Part shown: positions 19,320-28,251 of the stretch, piece after piece
Numbering within the stretch: the stretch's first letter is position 1
How the letters are laid out: every line of letters begins with the position of its first letter
DNA from: a candidate division WS6 bacterium GW2011_GWF2_39_15
GTDB lineage: Bacteria > Patescibacteriota > Dojkabacteria > SC72
Reading direction: 5' to 3'
Length of the DNA stretch: 64,000 nucleotides
NCBI GenBank assembly: GCA_000993565.1
Contig: LBWK01000001.1
Coordinates: forward strand, 428,208 to 492,207
Position numbers and translations under genes: made by a program
Notes under the pieces: model-generated
What the model was told of the DNA's origin: nothing
The model's input: the letters and a program-made list of their open reading frames with translations, nothing else
Database searches by the model: none

Positions 19320-19616
19320 AACAAAAAACCCCATCCTTAAACCACATATACCTGTGATCTAGGGACGGGGTTACCGTGGTGCCACCCTGGTTCACTAACT
19401 ATATAATGAGATAGTTAGCCTTAATAGATTACCCTACTTTACTCGCCATCCATAATCTTATTATAGATTAGCGGTATTTCTTCGGATATATGATAGAAGC
19501 TCTATTCCAATACTTAAGATGCCGGTCTTCCACTATCACCTGCTCGCTAGTACCATAACAAAGTATTGTACTTTTCTTCCTGAGAGAATTATAGCTAAAA
19601 GTAACAAAGTTTACAA
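19320..19616 (-). promoter_or_regulatory. T-box riboswitch leader (Arg) preceding tRNA-Arg x3 + argS
   Basis: Minus strand: promoter TTGTAA-17-TATAAT (rc 19588-19616); T-box sequence AGGGUGGCACCACGG (rc 19374-19388), bulge UGGC matches discriminator G of the Arg tRNAs; A2 helix ACGG-UAAC-CCGU; terminator AACCCCGUCC...GGAUGGGGUU + UUUUUU (19320-19371); AGA flanked by A's in candidate specifier loop (CCGAAGAAAUACC). Confidence 0.5.
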
Positions 19617-19818
19617 TAAACTTTAAGATCCCTTTACCCAGACCTCCCCCATAAAGACCTCCTGCCGGTGAAACACCCCTTTATTTTAACAACCTTGAAC
19701 CATCTTAAAGCAATAAACGGAGAGCTATAGAGCTTAAATAAGAGTGGTGCAGGGCTAGATCCCGCGGTTTACAATGACTGAACGGATTTTCAAAGGTGCG
19801 TGAAACAACAGCCCAAGG

Positions 19819-20904
19819 CTAAACACTCTTCATTACACTCAAAATAGACTTTGCTATTTCCAATGCACCCTCTTTTGTGATTCCTTTACCTGTCGGTAGG
19901 TTAATTACATGCCTTGAAGAATCTTCCGCAACTGGGCACTCTCCCCACCTATACCCCATCGATTCAATATTAGTAGAGGCAGGATATATTAAAGGGTGAT
20001 ACCAATCGCCTATATATATATCCTTATGATACAGAGCTTTTTTCACTCTATCTAGCACTTGCATATCCTTAATTATAAGCGGGAAACGTACGGCTGATAC
20101 ACTCTTAAACTGTGGAACATTTAAAGCACTTGAATATATGTCTGAAATTTCTCTTCTATGATTAAGGTTTTCTGAAATCCCTTCAAGCTGATCATTAACT
20201 ACCCTGCTTAAAGCATCTGGAAGCCTCCTCGCATACTGTCTGGGTTTCAAACCTTTTGTTTCAGACCTGTAAAATCCCATATTAAGAACACCTATTTTAT
20301 TCAAAAGCAGTGCCAACGGTGTTTGGAGCAACCCGAGTTTCCTCAAAGCTCTCCATAAGATCGGGTTCAAGAGCCATAGAAACACTTCTATAAAAGGCAT
20401 TTGTCGTATCCCAGAGTATTCTTTATCAAGATTAGAAATAAGCTTTTCGTTATTGACTAGCAAAGCCCCACCCACCCTGGTCGATAAGATTTTTTCAATT
20501 CCAAAGCTTACAATAGCAGCATCTCCACTGACCCCTAGCTCCTTATTCCCAAGACTGTGAGCACAATCTTCTAGTACTAAAAGATCCTTTTCCTTAGCCA
20601 GTGATGCTAAATCATCAGTCTGAGCCTCTTTGCCGAAAGTATGCTGTATTATTAAGACCTTCGCATCTTCCCCCATTCTATTTCTCAAAGACTCCGGATC
20701 CATATTAAAGGTATCTGATTTAATATCAATATATACCGGAGTATGTTTCAACCAAAGTATTGGGTTAATAACAGCATTGCATGTAAAGGCTTGAACTAAA
20801 ACTTCCGAGTTTAGAGGAAGATTTAAGGATTTAAGGAATACATACTCTGCACTCCTAGCGTTGGAGAATAGATACACCTTTTTACAATGATATTTCTCCA
20901 TCAA
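19819..20904 (-). CDS. DegT/DnrJ/EryC1/StrS-family PLP-dependent sugar aminotransferase
   Basis: 361 aa; FTCNAVINPI, LVLEDCAHSLG, VSFGIEKILS (PLP lysine), VINLP. Confidence 0.55.
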   Translation of the reverse strand: MMEKYHCKKVYLFSNARSAEYVFLKSLNLPLNSEVLVQAFTCNAVINPILWLKHTPVYIDIKSDTFNMDPESLRNRMGEDAKVLIIQHTFGKEAQTDDLASLAKEKDLLVLEDCAHSLGNKELGVSGDAAIVSFGIEKILSTRVGGALLVNNEKLISNLDKEYSGIRQMPFIEVFLWLLNPILWRALRKLGLLQTPLALLLNKIGVLNMGFYRSETKGLKPRQYARRLPDALSRVVNDQLEGISENLNHRREISDIYSSALNVPQFKSVSAVRFPLIIKDMQVLDRVKKALYHKDIYIGDWYHPLIYPASTNIESMGYRWGECPVAEDSSRHVINLPTGKGITKEGALEIAKSILSVMKSV

Positions 20905-21030
20905 AGTATCTACCAGGCGACTCGCTTCATCTCCTTTATAATACTTAGTAAAGCCAAAAACTACTTTTAAATACTCACTATTTGTTATCAGAACATATAA
21001 CTCACTTTAATCTCTATATTATACATTCCT

Positions 21031-21876
21031 TTAATTCAAATTGATAATAATATCTCCTTCTTTTACCGTATCTAAGTGTTTTACATTAAAAGAATTAAAC
21101 CTTCTCAGAGTTTCACTACCGGGATGGCCATATACATTATCTTTTCCATAACTGCATATAATCAGGTCCGGCGAAACTGCTTTTAGAAAGATCTCGGAAG
21201 TGGAACTGTTTGAACAGTGATGACCCGCTTTTAATATATTTACTCCATTTCCTAAAGAATACCTATTTATAAACTTCACCTCTCTTTCCTTCTCAACATC
21301 CCCCATAAAAAGGAATTCTTTCTCCCTATATTCAATTTCAACTATCACGGAGGAGTTATTAACATCCTTCTGTGTAGAAAAGCACTTGGAAATACCGGTA
21401 TCTCCATACTTAATCTCAAATTTGTTACCACCATCAGCTTTAATCGAGAAATAATCAGTATACACAGTCCTTGCTGCCCGACTTGTCCTTAATAGCTCCT
21501 TATATATTTCCGAATTAACACAGGAAGTCGGTAGAACTAAGGTGAAACCGCTATATCTACGAAGTATCTCTATCAAGCCCAAAATATGGTCCTCATGAGG
21601 ATGCGTAAGCACAACATAATCTATTTTCTCATCAATTTTGATCCTTTTCTGCAGCTTGTGAACGAAGTCCGTTAAGGGACCTCCATCGATAAGAACCGTA
21701 ATATCGCTATTTAACACAATTAAATTTGCATCACCTTGCCCTACATCGAAATACACTACTTTATCCTGATAATTAAGGCCTAGTAAATATCTATATTGAA
21801 AGATAAAGAACATAAGCAAATACAAGGCCAATCTGCCAGTTGTCTCCGATATTCCGTTCACAGCAGAGTCTCCCAT
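21031..21876 (-). CDS. comEC: ComEC C-terminal metallo-beta-lactamase domain (separate ORF)
   Basis: 281 aa; VYFDVGQGDANLIV, HPHEDHILG (HxHxDH) MBL motif. Confidence 0.6.
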   Translation of the reverse strand: MGDSAVNGISETTGRLALYLLMFFIFQYRYLLGLNYQDKVVYFDVGQGDANLIVLNSDITVLIDGGPLTDFVHKLQKRIKIDEKIDYVVLTHPHEDHILGLIEILRRYSGFTLVLPTSCVNSEIYKELLRTSRAARTVYTDYFSIKADGGNKFEIKYGDTGISKCFSTQKDVNNSSVIVEIEYREKEFLFMGDVEKEREVKFINRYSLGNGVNILKAGHHCSNSSTSEIFLKAVSPDLIICSYGKDNVYGHPGSETLRRFNSFNVKHLDTVKEGDIIINLN

Positions 21877-23348
21877 TTGCCAGCACGGATTATTGATATC
21901 AACGTCATCGAAATAATTAATACCACTATAACAGAGAGAAGATATGGAATAGGCACTAGACTAAATCTAAATCTACTCAGGTACTCTGTGATAGAGACAA
22001 AAACAAACAACTGGCTCTCTATTAAAATAACTATCGCACTTTGTAGGAAGTCGCTAAGGAATAATGATAATCCTAGAACTACGCCAAGGGGCATAATATA
22101 TTCAAGACTGCCGACAACCATAGCATTGCTCAAGACTGAAATAACCGAGACTTCATCAAAATACTTAGATATAATAGGCATAACCATTATGGAACACATC
22201 GCGGGTAATACAATAGCCTCTGAGAGATTATAAGCTTTGGAAAAAACTGGTAAACCGTAAATAATACCCAGGGTAGCAGCGATTGACAACAGAAATCCTA
22301 TATCAAAGACATACAAAGGGTTAATCAGCAAGAGAATCCCGGTTGTCACAATAATATTAAGCATACCTGGCAAAGGATGCCCACATCTGTCAAAGCACGT
22401 GTATAAAGCTGTAGATACAAAGGCTCTTAAGACCGACGCTGTATTGCCGGCGATAAAACAGTATAGAAAGACAATAGGAAGAGTAATTATCCATCTATAC
22501 TTGATATTAATAAAGCTAACTAACCAACTAATTGAGTTTTGAACAAACAAAATGTTATACCCGGACGCTGCGACAATATGGGATAGGCCTGTCGCCTTAA
22601 TAGACTGCTGGAAGGCTTCTGTATAAACTCTGTCGTCTCCGAACATTATCCCTATGAGAAGAGAAGCATACGGCTCATTAACAGCTCTTTCAACTCTAAT
22701 AATGAACTCTTCTTTAAGACCATACAGTCCATAGAAGACGCTAAAACCATCTCTACGCCTTAAACATTCGTCTAAAACGCCTTTACCACTCAAATACGTC
22801 TGATTATGTATAAGATATAAACCAAAATCATTGTTTTTATCTACAGCTTCCAACTTCCCTTTGAAAACACAATTACGACCTCTCGCCAACGAAGGGTACC
22901 TTGGAATTGTAAGATATACATTCACATGGTCATCAATCCTCCCCCACACGACCTGTTTATCAGACTTCTGCTTCACCCTCGTTCCTATCGCAATATTATA
23001 GGATCGGAGATTCTCCTTTAAATACAGGCCTGAATCCTTTTTCTGATCATTTACCTGAATTATCATGATACCTAGTGCCAGAAATGATATGAAAACAGAT
23101 GAGAGAAAGTATTTAAGCAATAACCTTCCCTCTTTATACTTTAAGAAAATATAGATGATAAAGAAAACAAATCCTAAGCAAAAGGAGTTTAACTTGTTAT
23201 CAAGAAGGTAAACAAAGAAAACAATAGTGCTGACAATTAATAAAGGTATCGTGACAAGAGGATTTCTGAAGAATCTGGAGAAGTACCAGTCTGTATAATC
23301 ATTTAGAGTATCCTTAAACTTCCTATATTCTCGCTTAATTATAAACAT
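21858..23348 (-). CDS. comEC: ComEC N-terminal membrane/competence domain (separate ORF)
   Basis: 496 aa polytopic membrane protein; LSHIVAASGYNI competence-domain motif; 19-nt out-of-frame overlap with MBL ORF. Confidence 0.6.
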   Translation of the reverse strand: MFIIKREYRKFKDTLNDYTDWYFSRFFRNPLVTIPLLIVSTIVFFVYLLDNKLNSFCLGFVFFIIYIFLKYKEGRLLLKYFLSSVFISFLALGIMIIQVNDQKKDSGLYLKENLRSYNIAIGTRVKQKSDKQVVWGRIDDHVNVYLTIPRYPSLARGRNCVFKGKLEAVDKNNDFGLYLIHNQTYLSGKGVLDECLRRRDGFSVFYGLYGLKEEFIIRVERAVNEPYASLLIGIMFGDDRVYTEAFQQSIKATGLSHIVAASGYNILFVQNSISWLVSFINIKYRWIITLPIVFLYCFIAGNTASVLRAFVSTALYTCFDRCGHPLPGMLNIIVTTGILLLINPLYVFDIGFLLSIAATLGIIYGLPVFSKAYNLSEAIVLPAMCSIMVMPIISKYFDEVSVISVLSNAMVVGSLEYIMPLGVVLGLSLFLSDFLQSAIVILIESQLFVFVSITEYLSRFRFSLVPIPYLLSVIVVLIISMTLISIIRAGKWETLL

Positions 23349-23998
23349 AGTTGAGATTTAATCTGTTCAAAAAGTTTTTCAGTAATTCCAGCTTTTTCTA
23401 CAAGCTGTTCAAGGCTTCCATACGGACGAACAGAAACTATTTTCCTAGCCGTAACCTCACCTATTCCGGACAACCCCTCCAATTCGTCCATTGAAGCATC
23501 ATTAATACTTATACATTCGTTGTTATTCTCGATTGCAGTGTCCAAACTAGTATCCGGTATGAATTTGATCTGCTCGCATTTCAAGTCATCTTCAAATGGA
23601 ATGTAGACTTTCTGGTTCGGGGAGAGCTTTTCTGCCATGTTTATCCTCTGTGATACATACCTTTTTGCTGCCAATCGATTTAGACCTCCAGCTTCTTCAA
23701 TTGCCTTATTAACAATGCTTCCTTCTGTGAAACAGAAAACTCCAGGTGTGTTTATCGCACCCGCAACCTCAACTTGCAAGTCACAATTTTTCAAAACCTC
23801 AGTTTCTGTTGTTTTTGAGGTTTCTTTATCGGCTATCTGTCCGAAATCTAAAATCTTCTCCCCGGATTTGGTATTTACAATCTTTTCTATACTGAAGTAG
23901 TTCCCAGCTATATAGCCAATTAACAAGCCAGTTATGAAGACTAGACTATAGTTAAGTACATTTTGGAATTTAGCTGGCATATCTAAATGATACGCCAT
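23339..23998 (-). CDS. comEA: competence protein ComEA (SLBB + helix-hairpin-helix)
   Basis: 219 aa; N-terminal TM, VAGAINTPGVF (SLBB), C-terminal HhH LEGLSGIGEVTARKIV. Confidence 0.7.
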   Translation of the reverse strand: MAYHLDMPAKFQNVLNYSLVFITGLLIGYIAGNYFSIEKIVNTKSGEKILDFGQIADKETSKTTETEVLKNCDLQVEVAGAINTPGVFCFTEGSIVNKAIEEAGGLNRLAAKRYVSQRINMAEKLSPNQKVYIPFEDDLKCEQIKFIPDTSLDTAIENNNECISINDASMDELEGLSGIGEVTARKIVSVRPYGSLEQLVEKAGITEKLFEQIKSQLCL

Positions 23999-24020
23999 TA
24001 AAATGAAATCTAGATGATCT

Positions 24021-24863
24021 CTATTTTTCGACTATCTTTATCTCTTTAATCTTGATTGTAGCTGTAGGTTTGCCGCTTGAGTTTACATTTACAGCTTCTA
24101 TCTTATCTACGGTATTAAAGCCCGATGTAACTCTCCCAAAAACAGTATGCTTACCGTTCAGGTAGTCACCGGTAAAGCCCCGGGTAGTAATAAAGAATTG
24201 AGAACCGTTTGTTGCCGGACCGGAGTTTGCCATTGCCAATACATACGGTGCAAACTTAGTCGTCCCTTTCCCGTTTGTATATTTGTATCCAAGCTTTTCG
24301 TAGAAATCTTTGACACTGAGATTGCTATTGGCATTAATCTGCGAACTGCTGTAGAAAGAGCGAAGATACGTCGCCTCGCTAACCTTAAGGTCTCCAAGCC
24401 CTAAGGCATCTGCATCTATTTCGTCCTCAAAGCTATAACCCGGATTACCCTCTCCTGTGCCTTTAGGATCACCGCCCTGTATCACGAAGTCTTTAATAAC
24501 CCTGTGGAAGGTCAGTCCGTCATAAAAACCTTCTCCTACCAGAAAAGCAAAGTTATTAACAGTTATTGGAGTATCCTTCTCAAATAAGTCTATATCTATC
24601 TGCCCATAGTCTGTATACATCACTGCCGTATAATCTTTGGAAGTATCAATCTGCATCGCTGGTAGTGAACTATATGTTTTACCATTACCTCCGTTATTAA
24701 CAAGGTCATCCACTCCTCCGCCGGTTAAGTCATTACTCAGCGTGAAGAGATTCGAACCGCTGGATAGTACTACACCAAGTATTAAGACCAGGGCGACTAT
24801 TCCCAAAGTCCCTAGTATTATCTTTTTATGCTCTTTGAATATATCTCCTAAGTTTACTCCCAT
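24021..24863 (-). CDS. cyclophilin-type peptidyl-prolyl cis-trans isomerase, membrane anchored
   Basis: 280 aa; FHRVIKDFVIQGGDP, GSQFFITT, HTVFGRV cyclophilin signatures; N-terminal TM. Confidence 0.8.
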   Translation of the reverse strand: MGVNLGDIFKEHKKIILGTLGIVALVLILGVVLSSGSNLFTLSNDLTGGGVDDLVNNGGNGKTYSSLPAMQIDTSKDYTAVMYTDYGQIDIDLFEKDTPITVNNFAFLVGEGFYDGLTFHRVIKDFVIQGGDPKGTGEGNPGYSFEDEIDADALGLGDLKVSEATYLRSFYSSSQINANSNLSVKDFYEKLGYKYTNGKGTTKFAPYVLAMANSGPATNGSQFFITTRGFTGDYLNGKHTVFGRVTSGFNTVDKIEAVNVNSSGKPTATIKIKEIKIVEK

Positions 24864-24903
24864 ATATTTTATTCTTACATTTTATTAAGTGAACGGTGAA
24901 ACC

Positions 24904-27900
24904 TTATCTTTCGATTGTCAGTTTCACATATATAGCCTGTCCAGTTTTATTATACACCTGGATCGAATTATTATCATAATACTCGTAGTAATACTCGCTT
25001 CCTAGTCCTTTAGAAGTAAAGCCGTAACCTTGTATATTATCCGACTTGATTATACTGATCTGCGAAGGGGTTGCATTGAAATTATGTGACACTTTTATAC
25101 TGTCATTAGGATTTATTTTTGTCCACTCTCCTCTGTATGTACCCTTTCCGCCGATCTGACCGGAAGGATTTACGCTGAAGAGAGTCTCACCTTTAGCATT
25201 CTTTATAACAAATAAGTCATTTTCACCATCTCCAATTTCAAGAACGATGCTTCCATTGTTAGACTTCAACCGACCATTAAGTGTCAAGTCACCGGCAACC
25301 CCAAGATTCCCTCCTGAATCTGCAGTCACAGATCCGTCACCAATATTCAAAAGGCCAGTATTTAAGATATTAAAGTCTCCTTTCGTTCCGGTAATACTTG
25401 CGACATTAACCTCTCGGCTTGTCGATATGCCGTTTTCCTCAATCTTCCATCCTCCTCCGCTTCCACCAAATGCCCCTGCGTTGTAATCACCAACCATCTT
25501 GGCAATATCATCACTAATCCACTGAGGCTGATACCATACAACATCAACAAAGGCCATTATTTTTCCGATATAAATACTATCTGAAGATGTTAAATTATAT
25601 TGTGCAAACAAAGATTCTCTGACACTCTTATCAAATGAATCAACCGGTACTACAAAACATGGCTTAAGTTCATTCTTTCCATTATCCTTGGGCCACTTTA
25701 TATCCTCAATGCCGCTTACAGACTGGCAGACACTATCAGCCCAATCCAAGGTATCTTCCAAAGCCTTTGCAACGACCATTCCTGGGTCTTTTCGCACAGC
25801 CCCTATTCCTGGAAGTACAGAAGCAGTGATTACATCTCCCTTGGCTACACTTCTACCGGTAGTCATAACCTTCATAGGAAGACGCCCAATAAGACCTACA
25901 GGTCTAGCATTATCGCTTCTTTCATCATTCATAAGAAGGCCTGGTGCCGTAGATACTACCCCCATAAGGTTGGAAATATTATCAAGGTCGGATTTTTGAA
26001 CTTCCCCTACAGTATTTGGATCCAAACTTACAAGATCGCCTGGTTCAATTGTAAGATCGCTTACCTTATACATTTCAGCAAGGTCAGCACTTTGTACACT
26101 TGTATTATTGGCATAGATAGTACCGGCTGTTGCCCCCGCACAGTCATCAGCATTGGATTTAACACACAGTGCTCCTACAACCTTTAATTCAACGTCAGGC
26201 GTACTATCACCTATTCCTACTTTCCCGGTAGCCCTATATATGTTAGCGCCAACTGTAGCCCAATCAGAATCCCCACCGCTTGAACCCCCTGCTCCGGTAA
26301 CACTTAATCTAAGTTCCTGAGATTCCCCTGAGTAGTTATAAATACGTGCTGTGTTCGCATCGGTCATTTCTACCTTATATCCATTACTCCATGATAGCTT
26401 CACATTATATAGGGTTGGCTTATATCCTACCTCAGAGGTACTAAATATGATTCTATACTGCATGTAATCACTTGCTGTGGAAGTAACAGTTGATCCGCCT
26501 TCACTCCTCATATACCTGCCTCCTACCATATTATCTATATAAAAAATATTGGAAGAGGAAGTCAGATTAGTTATCCGAAGCTTAGTGATAGCATTTCTTT
26601 GATACGAAGGGACATCTGATATATCCCAATATACTTTCTGCCATGTATCAACCGTATCCATTCCAACCGTCATCTCATTTTCCGTAGAAGTACTTTCACC
26701 AAAACCTAATTTGATGGTACCCCCTGTTTGAGATGCTCTGACCCAAATACTAATGTAATCAAAATCGGCAAGGCTTAAACTCGAAATAGTAGCTTCTGAG
26801 TACCCACCGTTAGTTGATGAGACCATCTTTGTTATATCTGCAACAGTTGTCTCATCTTCGTCTTCGTAGTAATCGACGTTCCTAGTCACATCGCCTTCCG
26901 ACACGGTTACATTAGTACCGCTCCAGTTTGTGTGGGTGTCTGCAGTCTCAATAGACTTTTCATTAGTATCTACAACCACAGGCTTCCACCCTTCCCAGGT
27001 ACCATCTGTAGAGTTATTTGAGGCTCCGCTTCGTGTTTGAATCTCTATTAGTCCATACTTATTTAAATCACTGTGCCATCTAATCTGCCCAAAGCCTGAA
27101 GCTTTTGGTGTATTAATTTCATCCGAAATATAAACTCCGTAAGTATTAGACGGCTGAGAAGCAACCTCTGCTCCAGGTGTGACACCGGAACCGGAATATG
27201 AGTTCAGGTAGAAGACCGCTATTCTACCATCCCCACCGGCACCACCATTATACGAGTCATTTGTTGCTCCGGAGTTATACCCAATTCCTCTGATTCCTCC
27301 TGTTGCACTGGTCTTACTTGCACCAAGATTTGCAGTATTACTGACTATCTTGATTGATCCACCCGCACCACCACCACCTCCTCCTCCATAAAGGCTTGCA
27401 CCATTAACCCCATTACCACCATTTTCACCATTAACCTGAAGATTTCCTGAAACAGTAACGCTATTTGCAGCAATTGATACTATTCCACCCCCGTCCCCAC
27501 CTTTTCCAGGGAAGTGATCAGAAGCATTATGCGTGTATTCTCCACCTTCGCCTCCGGCGGATCCAAAGAACATCTTACTTAAATCGGCAGTCCCGTAGCT
27601 TCCACCACCTCCTCCTCCACCTATTCCCGCACCTCCATACCCACCGTTACCTGAAGTATTGATTCCACCATCTACACCTCTTTGTGTACTTGTAAGGGAA
27701 TAACTTCCCGCGATACCGTAACCTCCATAACCACCACCACCACCACCGCCATCATAACCTGACCCACCACCTCCAGCACCACCTGAAGAGGAAGAACCTA
27801 CTCCCCCGCTAACTGAATTAGTAGATCCACCACCTCCACCGCAATATCCATTTCCACCCTGATAAAGGGTTGTATTATAGTACCCTGCACCACCACCGGC

Positions 27901-28251
27901 TGCACCGTTACTACCGTAAGCAATACTACCCGCAGCAATATATCCCCCGGCTCCACCAACTCCACAAAGACTTTCTCCTCCGTTACCTCCTGCTGCGCTC
28001 CCGTTCGTATCATATCCAGCGTCGTTATCATAGAATCCTATATATCCTTTAGCATTTGCATGGATTGTTCCATTAATAGAAACTGATCCAGTTGCTCGGA
28101 AGAAGATAACCCCTCCTTCTCCCTTACCATTGTTAATAGTACCATCCGGTTGGATCCAGTCATCTGGATACCAGTTGATACTTGAATTCACTGTTACATC
28201 TGTATAGTTAGGGACTCGCTGCAGCATCAAGTCCAATATTCGTATCGTCAC
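24904..28251 (-). CDS. giant glycine-rich repeat surface protein, C-terminal ORF (fragment 3 of 3)
   Basis: 1115 aa; GGxGG-rich tracts, repeated module shared with 28208..30712; starts inside conserved module (MLQRVPNYTDVTVNSSINWYPDDW). Confidence 0.6.
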   Translation of the reverse strand: MTIRILDLMLQRVPNYTDVTVNSSINWYPDDWIQPDGTINNGKGEGGVIFFRATGSVSINGTIHANAKGYIGFYDNDAGYDTNGSAAGGNGGESLCGVGGAGGYIAAGSIAYGSNGAAGGGAGYYNTTLYQGGNGYCGGGGGSTNSVSGGVGSSSSGGAGGGGSGYDGGGGGGGYGGYGIAGSYSLTSTQRGVDGGINTSGNGGYGGAGIGGGGGGGSYGTADLSKMFFGSAGGEGGEYTHNASDHFPGKGGDGGGIVSIAANSVTVSGNLQVNGENGGNGVNGASLYGGGGGGGAGGSIKIVSNTANLGASKTSATGGIRGIGYNSGATNDSYNGGAGGDGRIAVFYLNSYSGSGVTPGAEVASQPSNTYGVYISDEINTPKASGFGQIRWHSDLNKYGLIEIQTRSGASNNSTDGTWEGWKPVVVDTNEKSIETADTHTNWSGTNVTVSEGDVTRNVDYYEDEDETTVADITKMVSSTNGGYSEATISSLSLADFDYISIWVRASQTGGTIKLGFGESTSTENEMTVGMDTVDTWQKVYWDISDVPSYQRNAITKLRITNLTSSSNIFYIDNMVGGRYMRSEGGSTVTSTASDYMQYRIIFSTSEVGYKPTLYNVKLSWSNGYKVEMTDANTARIYNYSGESQELRLSVTGAGGSSGGDSDWATVGANIYRATGKVGIGDSTPDVELKVVGALCVKSNADDCAGATAGTIYANNTSVQSADLAEMYKVSDLTIEPGDLVSLDPNTVGEVQKSDLDNISNLMGVVSTAPGLLMNDERSDNARPVGLIGRLPMKVMTTGRSVAKGDVITASVLPGIGAVRKDPGMVVAKALEDTLDWADSVCQSVSGIEDIKWPKDNGKNELKPCFVVPVDSFDKSVRESLFAQYNLTSSDSIYIGKIMAFVDVVWYQPQWISDDIAKMVGDYNAGAFGGSGGGWKIEENGISTSREVNVASITGTKGDFNILNTGLLNIGDGSVTADSGGNLGVAGDLTLNGRLKSNNGSIVLEIGDGENDLFVIKNAKGETLFSVNPSGQIGGKGTYRGEWTKINPNDSIKVSHNFNATPSQISIIKSDNIQGYGFTSKGLGSEYYYEYYDNNSIQVYNKTGQAIYVKLTIER

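Noticed and set aside
19302-19818. Candidate tmRNA, RNase P RNA or 6S RNA in the 500-bp ORF-free region ending in a terminator
   Set aside because: No tRNA-like 3' domain, no P4 (GGAAAGUCCGG / ACAGAACCCGGCUUA) pairing partners, and no tag reading frame were found. The region is better explained as a promoter plus T-box leader for the tRNA-Arg/argS unit.
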